Positions 25,281 to 37,471 of a stretch of DNA of 64,000 nt are shown one piece after another. The DNA is taken from contig NC_058383.1 of the NCBI RefSeq assembly GCF_018350175.1, forward strand, positions 3,162,001 to 3,226,000. The letters are read 5' to 3'. The DNA comes from Felis catus (taxonomy: Eukaryota). The position numbers and the translations under genes are program-made. Under the pieces are notes generated by a model that was not told the DNA's origin, did not search any database, and worked only from the letters and a program-made list of their open reading frames with translations. Position 1 is the stretch's first letter. Each line of letters begins with the position of its first letter.

Positions 25281-26979
25281 ATTTATTTATTTCTATCATT
25301 AGACTCTGCCACTCTAGAGCACCAGCCTAATGCACAGTTGGTGCTCTGTAAGGAGCGGGGGAGGGATGCCTGAATTCTGTGACCTGCTTGAGAATAAATC
25401 AACGTCGGCATAACTAGATGAAAAAGAATGTTAAGTTTGTCTTCACACATCTATCCAGATTAATAAAAGGTTGTGAAATCTGCTTTCCGACTTTGATTCA
25501 CTATAGATGATGTTAAAAACGATACTTGAATAGATTCATTTTAGAATTTTAATGGAACTGCTCCTTCAGTGTTAAGTCCGTAATTCAGTAAGAGGGTTAA
25601 ATGTATCAGCTAAACGTATTACCTGAGATGAGTTAGCGTTTGCAGTTTCTATAATGTTTCCTTTCCAAAACTTGGTCAAATGAAATAACCCATTAATTAA
25701 ACACTAGGTCTCTTCCAATTGGAGGAAGTGAATGTATAATATCAAAGGCTGGAGGCCAAATTCTGAGATGTATGGGACATTTGTAAGTGTGGCTCATGTG
25801 TGTCTAAGCCACTTAATCTGCTGTGTGGTTTTTGAGATGAACAGCCTCCCTCTCGAAGACAAATTATAATATCTTTGGGATCAGCCTTTTTTGCGCAAAA
25901 TGTTTCATCCCCAGTAGTCCGTATTTTCCAAGTTCAGCACAAAACAAGCTCGTGGCAGAATTAGGAAGTAAGCAATGCATCTTTCGCGTCAAGTGTCCCC
26001 CACTTTCCTTTATGTGCCCGTGTTCGTTAGAGCTCCTGTAGTCGCATGAAAACCACTCAGAGTGCTTTAAGCCCAATGGAGAATTTATAATTAGATTCTG
26101 AGACGTATCTTCGGAATCCTAGGGCCGGAGTCCAGCTAGAACTCAGGAGGGCCTTGGATTAGGGAGCTAGAAAACCCTCTGGATTTTCTCTGTGTTCCTC
26201 TAATAATTTTACTTCACTCATTTATTTCACTACATCTCAGTTTCTGTTTCTTTTTCATTTTTTATTTTTAATTGTGCTAAAATACGTATAACTTATAATT
26301 TAACCATCTTGACCATGTTTAGGCGTACAGCTCAGTAGTGTTTGGTATAGTCACACTGTTGTACAACCAGTCTCCAGAACTTCTCCATTTTGCAAGACTC
26401 GACCTCCATTAAACAACCACCTGGTCCTTTCCTCCCTCAACCCCTGGCAACCCCTGTACTACTTTACGTTTCTTTGGGTTTGACTAGTCTGGGTGCCTCA
26501 TGTAAGTGAAATCACACAGTGTTTGTTGTGACTGGCTTCTTTCACTTAGCAAAACATCCCAAAGGTTCATCCATACAGTAGCATATGTCAGAATTTCCTT
26601 ACTTTTTAAGAATGAGTGATATTCCATTGTATGGGTAGACCACATTTTGTTTATCCGTTCATCATTTGATGGACACTTGGATGGCTTCTACCTCTTAGCC
26701 ATTGTGAATAGTGCTGCTCTGAACATGGGAGTACAAATACTTTCTTGACACCTTGCTTTCAGCTCTTTTGGTATGTGCCCAGTAGCATTGCTGGATCATG
26801 GGATAATTCTGTTTTTAATTTTTGAGGAACTCCCACACTGTTTTCCATAGTGGCCATGCCATTTTACACTCCCACCAATTTAGCAGGCTTCCTGTTTCTC
26901 CACATCTTCGCCAACACTTGTCATTTTCTCTCTTTTTGATAGCAGCCGTTCTAGTGGATGTCAGGTGATCTCGATATGG

Positions 26980-27421
26980 TTTTTTTTATTTTTTTTAATG
27001 TTTATTCATTTTTTTTAATTTTTTTTAACGTTTTATTTATTTTTGAGACAGAGAGAGACAGAGCATGAACAGGGGAGGGTCAGAGAGAGAGGGAGACACA
27101 GAATCTGAAACAGGCTCCAGGCTCTGAGCTGTCAGCACAGAGCCCGACGCGGGGCTCGAACTCACGGACTGCGAGATCATGACCTGAGCCGAAGTCAGAC
27201 GCTTAACCGACTGAGCCACCCAGGTGCCCCTAATGTTTATTCATTTTTGAGAGAGAGACTGGGCAGAGAGAGAGAGAGAGAGGGAGACACAGAATCCAAA
27301 TCAGGCTCCAGGCTGTGAGCTGTCAGCACAGAGCCCTATGTGGGGCTCGAACCCATGAACCAGGAGATCGTGACCTGAGCTGAAGTCGGGTGCTTAACTG
27401 ACTGAGCCACCCAGGTGCCCC
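26980..27421 (-). mobile_element. CAN-SINE (host copy; tail split by a younger SINE)
   Basis: Body at 27231-27421 ends 'gagccacccaggtgcccc'; tail remnant at ~26980-27013. Confidence 0.88.
27014..27230 (-). mobile_element. CAN-SINE (younger, nested)
   Basis: TSD TAATGTTTATTCATTTTT at 26996-27013 and 27231-27248. Confidence 0.93.
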
Positions 27422-28232
27422 ACGTGTTTTTGATTTGCACTTCCCTACAGGCCAACTGATCTGTTTTCACCTTTGCTGCCAGTGCTTCTGGTGTCATATC
27501 AGGAAATCATATTAAATCCAATTTCATAAGGCTTTTCTTCTGCTTTCTTTCTAAGAGTTATATAGTTTTTGTCCTACATTTAGGGCTTTGATTCATTTCA
27601 AGTTCATTTCGTTTATGGTATAAGTTCATGGTCCAACCAACTTCATTCTTCTGCATGTGGATGTCCACTTTTTCTAATACCATGTTTTGAATAGAATGCT
27701 TTTTTTTCCCCTATTGAATGTTCATGGCACCCTGGTCAAAAATCATTTCACTATGTATGTGAAAGGGTTTATTTCTGGGCTCTCTATTGTGTTTCACTGG
27801 TCTGTATGTTAGTGTTTATGCCAGTACCTCATTATTTTAATTACAGATATGTAGTAAGTTTTAAAATCAGGAAGTGTGAGACTTCTGACTTTGTTCTTTT
27901 GCAAGGTTATTTTGACTTTTTGGGGTCCTTTGAGATTCATGTGAAATTTAGGATGGATTTTTCTATTTCTGCGAAAACAGCATTGGGATTTTGATAGTGC
28001 CTACATTAAAATCTCTAGATTACTTTGGGTAATATTGACATCTTAATAATATTAAATCTTCCAATCTGTGAACACGGAATGTCTTTCCATTTATTTATGT
28101 CTTCTTTAATCTCTTTCAGCAATATTTTGTAGTTTTCAATGTGCACGTCTTTTATTTCCGTGGTTGAGTTTATTCCTAAGTATTTTCTTCTTTTTTGATG
28201 CTATTTTTTGATGCTGTTTTAAATGGAATTTC

Positions 28233-28427
28233 TCTTTTTTTTCCCCCAGGTTTATTTGTTTCTTTTGAGATGGGGGGAGGGGCAGAGAGAGAGGGAGACC
28301 AAGTGAATCCCAGGCAGGCTCTCCATCATCAGCACAGAACCTTATGTGGGGCTTGAACACACGAACCATGAGATCATGACCTAAGCCGAAGTCAGAAGCT
28401 TAACTGACTGAGCCACCCAGGTGCCCC
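28233..28427 (-). mobile_element. CAN-SINE without a TSD
   Basis: Ends 'actgagccacccaggtgcccc'; the flanks are non-contiguous L1 positions. Confidence 0.9.
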
Positions 28428-28597
28428 GAGAGATAATTTCCTTCTATTCCCACTTTGTTGGGTGCTTTTATCATGAAAAGGTATTTGTTTTTGTTAAGTG
28501 CTTTTTCTGTGTCAGTTGAGATGATCACATAGTTTTCCCCTTCATTTCGTGAATGTATCTATATTGATTAATTTTCATATATTCCAACATTCTTGCA

Positions 28598-29250
28598 GAG
28601 GTGAAATTTTACGGCTTTGTCAGGTCTTTCCTAGATATGTGCAAAGTCCTGCCCATGTATGTGGCCTTCTAAATTTCCTGGAATGTCTCAGCCTTTCAAA
28701 ACTCATCTCATTCCCCAGTTTTTCCCTTTTAAGCTTTTTATCAGTCTGTTGATAGCTCCCACTAGTGTTGCTGCCTCAGGCTACTGCAATATTGAACAGT
28801 TGTCACGGATTATTTTCAACAAATGCCATTGCTGGGCATTGGTTGCAAACAAGGGATAGCACTTGTCATACAGAGTGAGAGCTGAGGCCAAATAAAGGTA
28901 AACGCTAAGAATGGAGCTTTTCAAGGGAACTTCTTGACCGACAAACTAGTAACAATTCTCTCTTCTATTCCACTTAGTGGCTCCAAGGCAACTTGGTTTG
29001 CATGGCTGCTGTGGTTGCAGGGCTGTTGGTTTTCAAGGATCCTGTGGAAGTGGGGAGAGGGATATAGTGATGGGACAAGTAAAAACACCCACGTTTGCTG
29101 GTTTTAACAAGGGTCATCAGTTTTTCTTTAATAAACACTCATTGGATTAGCCTCTGACTAATTTCCAGAGTTCTGAAAAAGGTTTTGCCACTGTTGTCGT
29201 TAATTTAATGGATAATTGGATTTTCGGCAGTTTTTATTCTGCCATTCTGG
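28598..29250 (-). mobile_element. Old L1M 5'-region fragment (L1MD/L1M4-like)
   Basis: 'ggctgttggttttcaagg', 'ttttctttaataaacactc', 'aatttccagagttctgaaaaagg' and terminal 'ttctgccattctgg' resemble an antisense L1M 5' end. Confidence 0.6.
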
Positions 29251-29477
29251 AGACGCTCCTCTTAGGTGAACTGTGGTTCAGTCGGGTGTGGACGCAGGAA
29301 GAGTCACTGTGTACAGAAGAGCTGTCAGGAACCTGACCTTGCAGTTAATGTGCTGCCCGCTGCCCCCTGGAATCGCAGGGAGTAGAATGTCTGCAGATTA
29401 CAGAACACTTGGCTTCCTTGGCCACATCTCATTGAACAGCCCACCCTACCACCTCGTACACCCCAAAGGGTTCCAGA

Positions 29478-29889
29478 AGATCAAGCTTTGGGGGTGATGG
29501 TGGGGTGGTGTCCAGAGCTGATGGCCAAGAAAGAATTCTTGAGATATCTTTGTTGCAAAAATAATGATTTCATTAAAGCATGGGAACCCTCTGGAGAGAC
29601 TGGTTATACATTTGGTAGTTGGGGAGGGGGGTTACAGTCAAGGGGGAGGTTCCAAAGAGATTTTCATATGCTAAAGAAGTCTTATAGGATACTGGAGGCC
29701 TAGCTATTGTCAAGCTAAGGTCCCCCCTCCCCACCCCTCCGCAACACATTAGCATTAAGATAATAGGGTTAGGGTTAGTTCCTGGAGAAAATTTTACCAT
29801 GCCTGCCTCTAGTGTTTGTCAGTGGGCTGCAGTTTACAAGGAAATACAGTTTTATCTGCCATTTCCCTCTGCCTTTGTTTCCGGCTTCA
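29478..29889 (-). mobile_element. ERV1-like solo LTR, copy A (short form)
   Basis: Shares 'agagctgatggccaagaaagaattcttga' and the downstream layout with copies B and C; ends 'gcctttgtttccggcttca'. Confidence 0.75.
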
Positions 29890-30012
29890 GTAGGTACTTT
29901 CTGAAGTGCCGGGCAGTTCCTCCTCCACTGACCAGGGAACTGGTGGCAATGTTTTCAGTTTGTCTAGGAGAGTTTTTGGAGCACCCAGAACTTTGGAAAG
30001 ACCCTGTCAACC

Positions 30013-30751
30013 TGATGGGGTTTTGGAGTGATGGTGGGGTTCATGGGGTTCAGAGCTGATGGCCAAGAAAGAATTCTTGAAGACGTCTTTGCTGCAAAAA
30101 GGTGATTTTATGAAAGCATGGGGACAGGACCCGTGGGCAGGAAGAGCTGCGCTGGGGTTGGGAAGCATGACTGGTTATACACCGTGGAATCTGGGGAGGT
30201 AAGGACAAAAGGGAGGCCTCCTCAGGGACTGTGATGTGCTGTAGAGGCCTCCGAAGATACCTGAGGCTTCACTAATGTCAAGCTAAGGTGGTTTTCCCTC
30301 CAGGAAGGCATTAACATCAGGGCAGCAGGAGGTTTCTGGAGAAATGTTCTACTCTGTATTTGCTGCAAGTATTTGTCAACGGGCTGCAGGTTATAAGGAA
30401 ATTTGATTTCACCTGTCATTTCCTTCTAGCCTTTGTTCCCCACATCACTGTGGCGGGGAAGGTGATGTTGGGGCTCCAGGAAACTGAGCTATAGGTTTCT
30501 GGAGATTAGGCTGTTGATAAGATTGCCTTTTTCTTGTAATTTACTAAGATATTTGTAAACTGATGGAGACTATGTCTTGTATGACTGTGATCTCTATCAG
30601 CCAGGAGTGCTTCAGCAATGTCACTCATCTCCCACCCGGTAGGGGTGGGGGGGGGGCGATGGTGGTGGTGAACAATGCCACACATCTCCCACCTGGAGGG
30701 GGGGATGCTACCTCCTGCTTTGCCCCTAGCCTGCCTCATGCTCCCTCCTCA
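30013..30751 (-). mobile_element. ERV1-like solo LTR, copy B
   Basis: TG...CA ends ('tgatggggttttgg' to 'ctccctcctca'); 'ggtgattttatgaaagcatggggacaggacccgtgggcaggaagagctgc'. Confidence 0.8.
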
Positions 30752-31576
30752 GCCCCACCTACACCACGGGAGCACCAAGCAGTAATCTACAGCCCACGTC
30801 ATCCCAGCCCCTGGGACACCCTTCGTCTCTACCCTGCTCTCCTGCGGTGGTCTGTGTGGGAGTTGTGTACCCCGCTGACTGTGCCATATGTGAATGAAGC
30901 TTATTTTAGTGATTTTAATCAGGAAATGATTAAAACAATTGGTTTTTAAAACTGTATATTTTGTCTGTGTTATTCTTGAATACTCGATTCATATTAACTA
31001 GTAGTTTGCCCTAATTAACTTTAATGTTACAGATTTGTGCCTTTTGAACTCAGCATGCAGATTTATGCAAATTATATAAAGCTTTTAAGCTAGGAGCCCT
31101 GGCATGTACATTTACAATCTCATCTATCCCCTGTCAGTATGTCACTAATTCGACAAAGAAAGACATCAAACTGTTGGGATGGACAATGCTTGATCATTTT
31201 AACTTTACTACTGTGTAAGCCAGGGAGCACACAGTGAGTGTCTTACCCAGAGATGCACCTAGTTACCGACGTAGAGAAACCACCAATACCCGGGTGTGTT
31301 GATTTTGAGCTCGGCCCCTGCTCATTTTCTTGAATTGCCGTTTATGTACCCGAACCGTAGCGCATATGTAAGTGTGCTGTATTTTAGTGATTTCAGAATT
31401 AGTGTGTGAAATAGAAGGGACGGAACAGCAACATAATTAGACCTGGTAAATAGTAATAACACTATTGGAAAGGAAGAGAGAGAAGGAAAAATGTATCATT
31501 GTTTGCAAATGATGTCTTTGTCTCTCCAGAAAATCCAAAGTAATTGATTGAAACCTATTAATTTGAGAGTTCCTAT

Positions 31577-32306
31577 TGATGAAGTTTTTGGGGTGATGGT
31601 GGGGGTCCCGAGCTGACAGCCGAGAAAATTCTTGAAGACATCTTTGGTGCAAAAAGGTGATTTTATTAAAGTACAGGGAAAGAACCCGTGGGCAGGAAGA
31701 GCTGCACTGGGCTTTGATGGGTAACAGATGATGTGTCCTCAGATTGGGAGGGGTTTAGGGATAGAGTCCGTCTCTGGGGTGTTTTGGAATCAAGGACTCC
31801 AGGACTTTGAGGGGCTAGGTACTGTCGAGAAAACACCATTCGTTACCGTCTAGTGAAACCCCAGGCACAAGACCCTTCAGATGTATATCAGGAGGGCATA
31901 AGCTTGGAGTATGATTGCCAGCGTGTATCTTGGGGCGCTTGAGATAAAGGAAGTTTCCGAAGGAATTTTTATATGCTAAAGTAGACTTACAGGATCTTGG
32001 GGGATCAGGATAATGTTAAGCCAAGATTGTCTTTTGCCCCTGCAGAGTGTCATCATTCAGGCAGCTGAGCTCCTAGAGGGAGGTCGCTCTGCTGGTTTCC
32101 AAGACTTGTCAATGGGTTGTAGGCAGTAAAGGAATTTAATTTTTCATTTGCCTTAGTTTCTCACATCACCAGGGCAAGCACTTAAACCCCTCTCTTTGGT
32201 CTTGGGGGACAGGAGTGTCCAAGGAACATCACACATGTTCCACCTGGGGGGCGGGGGTGCTGTTAGCCTGCACTTTGCCCTCAGCGTGCCACGTGCTTCC
32301 TCGTCA
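31577..32306 (-). mobile_element. ERV1-like solo LTR, copy C
   Basis: TG...CA ends ('tgatgaagtttttgg' to 'cctcgtca'); minus-strand AATAAA in 'ttttattaaag'; homologous to copies A and B. Confidence 0.82.
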
Positions 32307-32394
32307 CTGCATTGTGGCGATTATGAAGGTATATCCTTGCCGTGTGGGTTTGTATCCCAGGTCAACCACGTGCTGCTGTGAGGTTTTTAGCAAA

Positions 32395-32595
32395 TCAACC
32401 TCTCTATAAACGTTCTCTTCATCTGTAAAGTGGGGGTAATAATAGTACCTACCTAAGTTGTTTTAAGGATTAGTGAAAATAATATATATGTATATATTAT
32501 ATATTTATATATAAATATATTTATATTTAATATGTTTATATATTTAAATATATATATTTAAAAGCATTTAGAACTGTACTAACCACATAACAGTT
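32395..32595 (+). mobile_element. MIR fragment with an expanded (TA)-rich insert
   Basis: 'cttcatctgtaaagtgggggtaataatagtacctacct...ggattagtgaaaataat[TA-rich]aaagcatttagaactgtac'. Confidence 0.7.
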
Positions 32596-32679
32596 TAAAT
32601 AATATGAAGTAGCTGTTTTTGTAGATCAAAATGGCTGGATATTGGCAATTTCGTCTAGTTTGACCTAAAAGCAGTAGAG

Positions 32680-32975
32680 AAACAAAACAAATGAACAAGG
32701 TTGGGGAAGAGGGAGGACAGAGAGACACCCCAAGAAACAGACTCTTAACTATAGAGAACAGACTGGTGGTTACCAGAGTGGAGGTGGGTGGGGGATGGGT
32801 GAATTAGGTGATGGGGATTAAAAAGTACACTTACCATGATGAGCACTGAGTAACGTACAGAATTATAGAATTAGTGTATTGTACACCTGAAACTAGTATA
32901 ACACTGTATGTTAACTATACTGGAATTTAAGTACTTAATAGAATTTTAAAACAAGTTTAAATTTAAAAATAAAAA
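32680..32975 (+). mobile_element. Carnivore L1 3' end
   Basis: 'ccaagaaacagactcttaactatagagaacagactggtggttaccagag...tgtacacctgaaactagtataacactgtatgttaactatactgg' followed by an A-rich tail. Confidence 0.88.
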
Positions 32976-33146
32976 CAATGTATAAATGTTCTCTTTTTAG
33001 CATTTTTGCCACCAGTAAGATAAGTCAGTAAGAATGATTAGTCAAAAAATGAATATTAAAAAATCAGATGATATCAACCTCTAGCATCACAGTGTGAAGA
33101 GCTCCACTGACCTACTCCACGGTAAAACTAATGAAAATTATTTTTT

Positions 33147-33366
33147 TTTCTTAATTTTTTTTTCAACGTTTATTTATTTTTGGGACAGAGAGAGACAGAG
33201 CATGAACGGGTGAGGGGCAGAGAGAGAGGGAGACACAGAATCGGAAACAGGCTCCAGGCTCTGAGCCGTCAGCCCAGAGCCCGACGCGGGGCTCAAACTC
33301 ACGGAGCGCGAGATCGTGACCTGGCTGAAGTCGGACGCTTAACCGACTGCGCCACCCAGGCGCCCC
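33147..33366 (-). mobile_element. Young SINEC_Fc
   Basis: CpG-rich with 'ctggctgaagtcggacgcttaaccgactgcgccacc'; TSD ATGAAAATTATTTTT at 33131-33145 and 33367-33381. Confidence 0.96.
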
Positions 33367-33394
33367 ATGAAAATTATTTTTAAAAAAACCCCAG

Positions 33395-33598
33395 GGGGCA
33401 CCTGGGTGGCGCAGTCGGTTAAGCGTCCGACTTTAGCCAGGTCACGATCTCGCGGCTTGTGAGTTCGAGCCCCGCGTCACGCTCTGGGCTGATGGCTCGG
33501 AGCCTGGAGCCTGTTTCTGATTCTGTGTCTCCCTCTCACTCTGCCCCTCCCCCGTTCATGCTCTGTCTCTCTCTGTCCCAAAGATAAATAAACGTTAA

Positions 33599-33645
<47 letters not shown>
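33395..33645 (+). mobile_element. Young SINEC_Fc with (AAAT)n tail
   Basis: Intact A box TGGCGCAGTCGG and B box GAGTTCGAGCC; TSD AAAAAA(A/C)CCCCAG. Confidence 0.96.
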
Positions 33646-33646
<1 letters not shown>

Positions 33647-34186
33647 AAAAAACCCCCAGCATTTAAAGACTCTAGAAATTGTCCTGAGCACAAGCAACAA
33701 ATAAAAATCTGTTGAAGAAAAGCTACAGAAATCCTTTTAGAAAGGTGAGAGTCTGTGGAATTTAAATCAAGCCTGCTCCTTCCCCATCATTCCCAGCTTC
33801 ATCAAGGTAGACAGTCCACTCCAGAGTGCAAGGCCAAGCACACAGGGCTTCTTCTGCCTCCAGATCCCCATTAGAGGGCTTTTTTTTCCAAGAAGGGCGG
33901 GACATCAGTGTTTCTTATCCTGCTGCAGCTCCCTGTTGGATTGTAAGGCAGTGGTTCCATGCCAGGAGAGGTAAGCTAAGAGGACCTCAGGCTTCTACCC
34001 TACCCCTCCCCTTGGAGCTCAGCTCCTAGAAGAGGCAGATGGGGCATGACGCTCAGAAATTTGCTATTGTCCCCACTCCTAGCTCCAGTACCCTGGCTAA
34101 GAAATTTTTCCTGGCAAGCAATGGGAGGGAGGTCCTCGTGAAGTGAGAACAAATGGCGGACACCGGCTTCAAAAGCCCTTCTTCCA

Positions 34187-34408
34187 GGGACTCCTGGGTG
34201 GCTCAGTGGGTTGAGCGTCTGACTTCGCCTCAGGTCATGATCTTATGGTCCGTGAGTTTGAGTCCCGCATCGGACTCTGTGCTGACAGCTCGGAGCCTGG
34301 AGCCTGCTTCCGATTCTGTGTCTCCTTCACTCTGTGTTCCTCCCCTGCTCACACCCTGTTTCTCTCTCAAGAATAAATAAAGATAAAACAAATTAAAAAA
34401 AAAAAAAA
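34187..34408 (+). mobile_element. CAN-SINE
   Basis: 'gggactcctgggtggctcagtggg...' with A tail; TCTTCCAG occurs on both sides. Confidence 0.92.
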
Positions 34409-37035
34409 CTCTTCCAGAGAAGCCAGAATGTGATTAAGTTCATTTGTTGACTAATTTAGGCCTTGGGCTATTATTGGAAACGATAAAGCAGTCAAGTGGA
34501 AATTAGTAGAGTTTAACAGCTGGGCATGTTCTAGAAAAGAAAGGAAGAGACCCCTACAAAAACCACTGTTACGCCAGGGTGACCATCAGTATCCCCACAG
34601 AGCAACATTGGAAGCTTATCATTCTTGGGGGGAAATACGCTTTACTAAAATAATGCAGCCAGTCAATAAATAAGTAAGTAGTAACAAGCCCCATGGGGGG
34701 GGGGGACCAGTACCCTGAACTGCAACAATATATTTTCTAAAATGTCCAGTTTCCAAAAGAAAACTGATGCATGCAAAGAAACAGGAAAAGTGTGTGGCAT
34801 ACATTGAGGAGGGGTGGGGGGAAGCAGTCCACAGAAGCTGCTTGTGAGAGTGACCAGATGTCAGATTTATCAGAAAAGCCTTGAATTCACCATTATAAAT
34901 GTGTTCACATAACTAATGGAAACCACAGTTAAAGAAGTTAGGTATAATGAAAAATTTGTACCAAATAGATGATATCAGCAAACAATTTATATACAGGAAC
35001 CAAGTGGAAATTCTAAAGTTGGAAAGTACAATAATTGAAATTAAAAAAAAAAATTGACTAGAAGGGCTAATAGTAGATTTGAACTGGCAGGAGGAATATA
35101 CAAACTTGAAAATCTGTTGATAGTGTTACGAAAACCAAAGAACAAAGAGAATACAGAATGAAGAAAAATGAAAAAAGCTCAGAGAAATGTGACACCATTA
35201 AGCACACCAACATATGCAAAATGGGAATACCGAAAGGAGAGAGAGAGAGAGAGAGAAAGGAGCAGGAAAAAAAATATGAAGAAATAATGGCTGGAAGCAT
35301 CCCCAATTTATTGAAAAATAACCCACCCATCCAGGATGCTCAATGAACTCTGTATAGGATAAAGACCAAAGAGATCCATGAACAGATGCATTGGAACAAA
35401 AATGCTGAAAGTCAAAGACCGGGAAAAATCTTGAAAGCAGCAAAAGAGAAGAATGGGTCGTTACTTGCCAGGGAAATCCAGTAAGCTTAACATTTGGCTT
35501 CTCATCAGAAACACTAGAAGCCAAAAAAGCAGTGGGATAACATACAACCTGCTCAGAGGAAAAAACTTGACAACCACGAACCTTACATCTTATAAACATA
35601 TCCTTTAAAAACAAAGGTAAAAACTTTCCCAGCTAAACAAAAATTGAAGTTGTTGGTATCAGGTCTTCCTCATAAGAAACACTAAAGGAACTTCTTCAGG
35701 CTAAAAGCAAATGACGCTAGAAGGTAATTTGAATCCACATGAGAAAACCAATCACACTGGTAAAGATCCATCAGGGAATTAAGGTCACAGGGCAGTCCAC
35801 CCCAGAGGCTGAGAGGTGAATACAGAGAATCACAACTGAGGTCAGGTACCTAAACAGAAGCCACCACACCACTAGATGACCAGAACACTAAGTGGTAGGT
35901 CTTGATGTATTACTGGAGGCTGACTCTGCACTGGCTTGAAATTTAAAACTCCTGGAGGCTCGGTCTTAGGGGGCTTCCCCGCTTTTGTAGGGTTTATCTC
36001 CTGGAATCCCACCTGATTTTTACTGTAAACATGGAAGAAAAGTTCTCTCTTGTTGCAGGCAGGGAAGAGAAAAATTAACCTTTTTGAGACACACCCAGAC
36101 CATTCTCCCTATGAAGTCCACCTCTGTAAGGAAAACTATCTCATCAGAGCCTTATCTGACCTTGGAACAGGGCAATTAGCCACTTTCAGAATCCTCCAGC
36201 TTTCTTGTCTCGTGTAAGAGAAGAGAAAAATGGTCTAGTGTACTTCTATAGGTCTCAGCCCAAGGACTCAGGCCCACTAAAAACTGGGACTTAACATGAA
36301 GATCACAGAATACTCTCCTTCCTAGGCATCTATCACCACATCAGCAGGGCTGCTATATAACCACTGTGGAGGGCAACTGGGACAGCTGCAAGACATAGAC
36401 TGTATTTAAGAAGAGTTTTTAGGACCCCAAAGACAACAGGAACACAAGGGACAACAACAAGGGAACTTTTTTCTGGTACTACAGCTACAGAAAATGTTAA
36501 ATACAGTCCAGCAACTAGTCAGCCTAACATAACACCTCACACTAAATACCTCCTCACATCAGTTTCTGTTATCCCTTCCATCATTCCTGGCTTTCAAAGA
36601 AAATTATAAGGCATGCTAAATAAAGAGCAGGAAAAATCAGTCCTAATAGTCAAATCAGGCATCAGAACCAGACTCAGATATGACAGAGATTATGGAATTA
36701 CCAGACAGAGAATTTATAATAAGTATGATTGATATTTTAAGGACTCTAATGAAAAAAAAAAAGATAACATGCAGCCATAGGTAGTATAAGCAGAGAGATG
36801 GAAACTCCAAAGAAGAATCAAAGGGAATTCTAGAAATAAAAAACCGTTAAAAAAAAAAAAAAGTCTTCAGTGGGGTCATTAGTCATGTGGACATGGATGA
36901 GGAAAGAATCAATGAGCTGGAAGATATGTCAATAGAAACTTCTCAAAGTGGAATGTAAGGAGAAAAAACACAATGAAAAAATATCCAAGAACTATTGGAC
37001 AATTAACAAAAAGTGTAGCATATGATTATAAGAAT

Positions 37036-37232
37036 GGGACGCCTGGGTGGCTCAGTGAGTTAAGTGTCCAATTTGCAGTTTGCATTCCAATTTGCAGTCA
37101 TGATTTATGAGTTCAAGCCCCACATCGGGCTCCGTGCTGACAGCAGGGAGCCTGCTTGGGATTCTCTCTCCCTCTTTCTCTGCCCCTTACCCCCTCACGT
37201 GTGTGTTGTCTCTTCTCTCTCAAAATAGTTAA
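37036..37232 (+). mobile_element. CAN-SINE with an internal 13-bp duplication
   Basis: Head 'gggacgcctgggtggctcag'; TCCAATTTGCAGT occurs twice between the A and B boxes. Confidence 0.85.
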
Positions 37233-37267
37233 CAAAGAAAATAAGAGGAAGAACCATATCTAAAGGA

Positions 37268-37471
37268 GGGGTGCCTGGGTGGCTCAGTTGGCTGAGTGTC
37301 CAACTCTTGGTTTCAGCTAAGGTCATGATCCCAGGGTCATGGGATTGAGCCCCACACTGGGCTCCAGGCTGAGTGTGGAGCCTGCTTATGATTCTCCCGC
37401 CCCCCACTCTACCTCTCCATTCTCTGCCCCACTCCCCCACTCATCCTCTCTCTCTCAAAAAAAAAAAAAAA
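37268..37471 (+). mobile_element. CAN-SINE (older subfamily)
   Basis: 'ggggtgcctgggtggctcagttggctgagtgtccaactcttggtttcagc' with poly-A tail. Confidence 0.9.

Larger units (their letters stand above)
26250..28590 (-). mobile_element. L1MB-like element (3' end plus ORF2), interrupted by three SINEs
   Basis: 'aattgtgctaaaatacgtataacttataatttaaccatcttgaccatg...', 'ttttgaggaactcccacactgttttccatagtggc'. Confidence 0.85.

Noticed and set aside
29478..32306. Intact provirus between LTR copies
   Set aside because: Inter-LTR spacers are only ~120 and ~825 bp with no visible PBS, PPT or gag/pol/env similarity, and the LTRs differ in length and sequence.
33395..33480. tRNA-like A and B boxes
   Set aside because: These are the tRNA-derived heads of SINEs, not tRNA genes.
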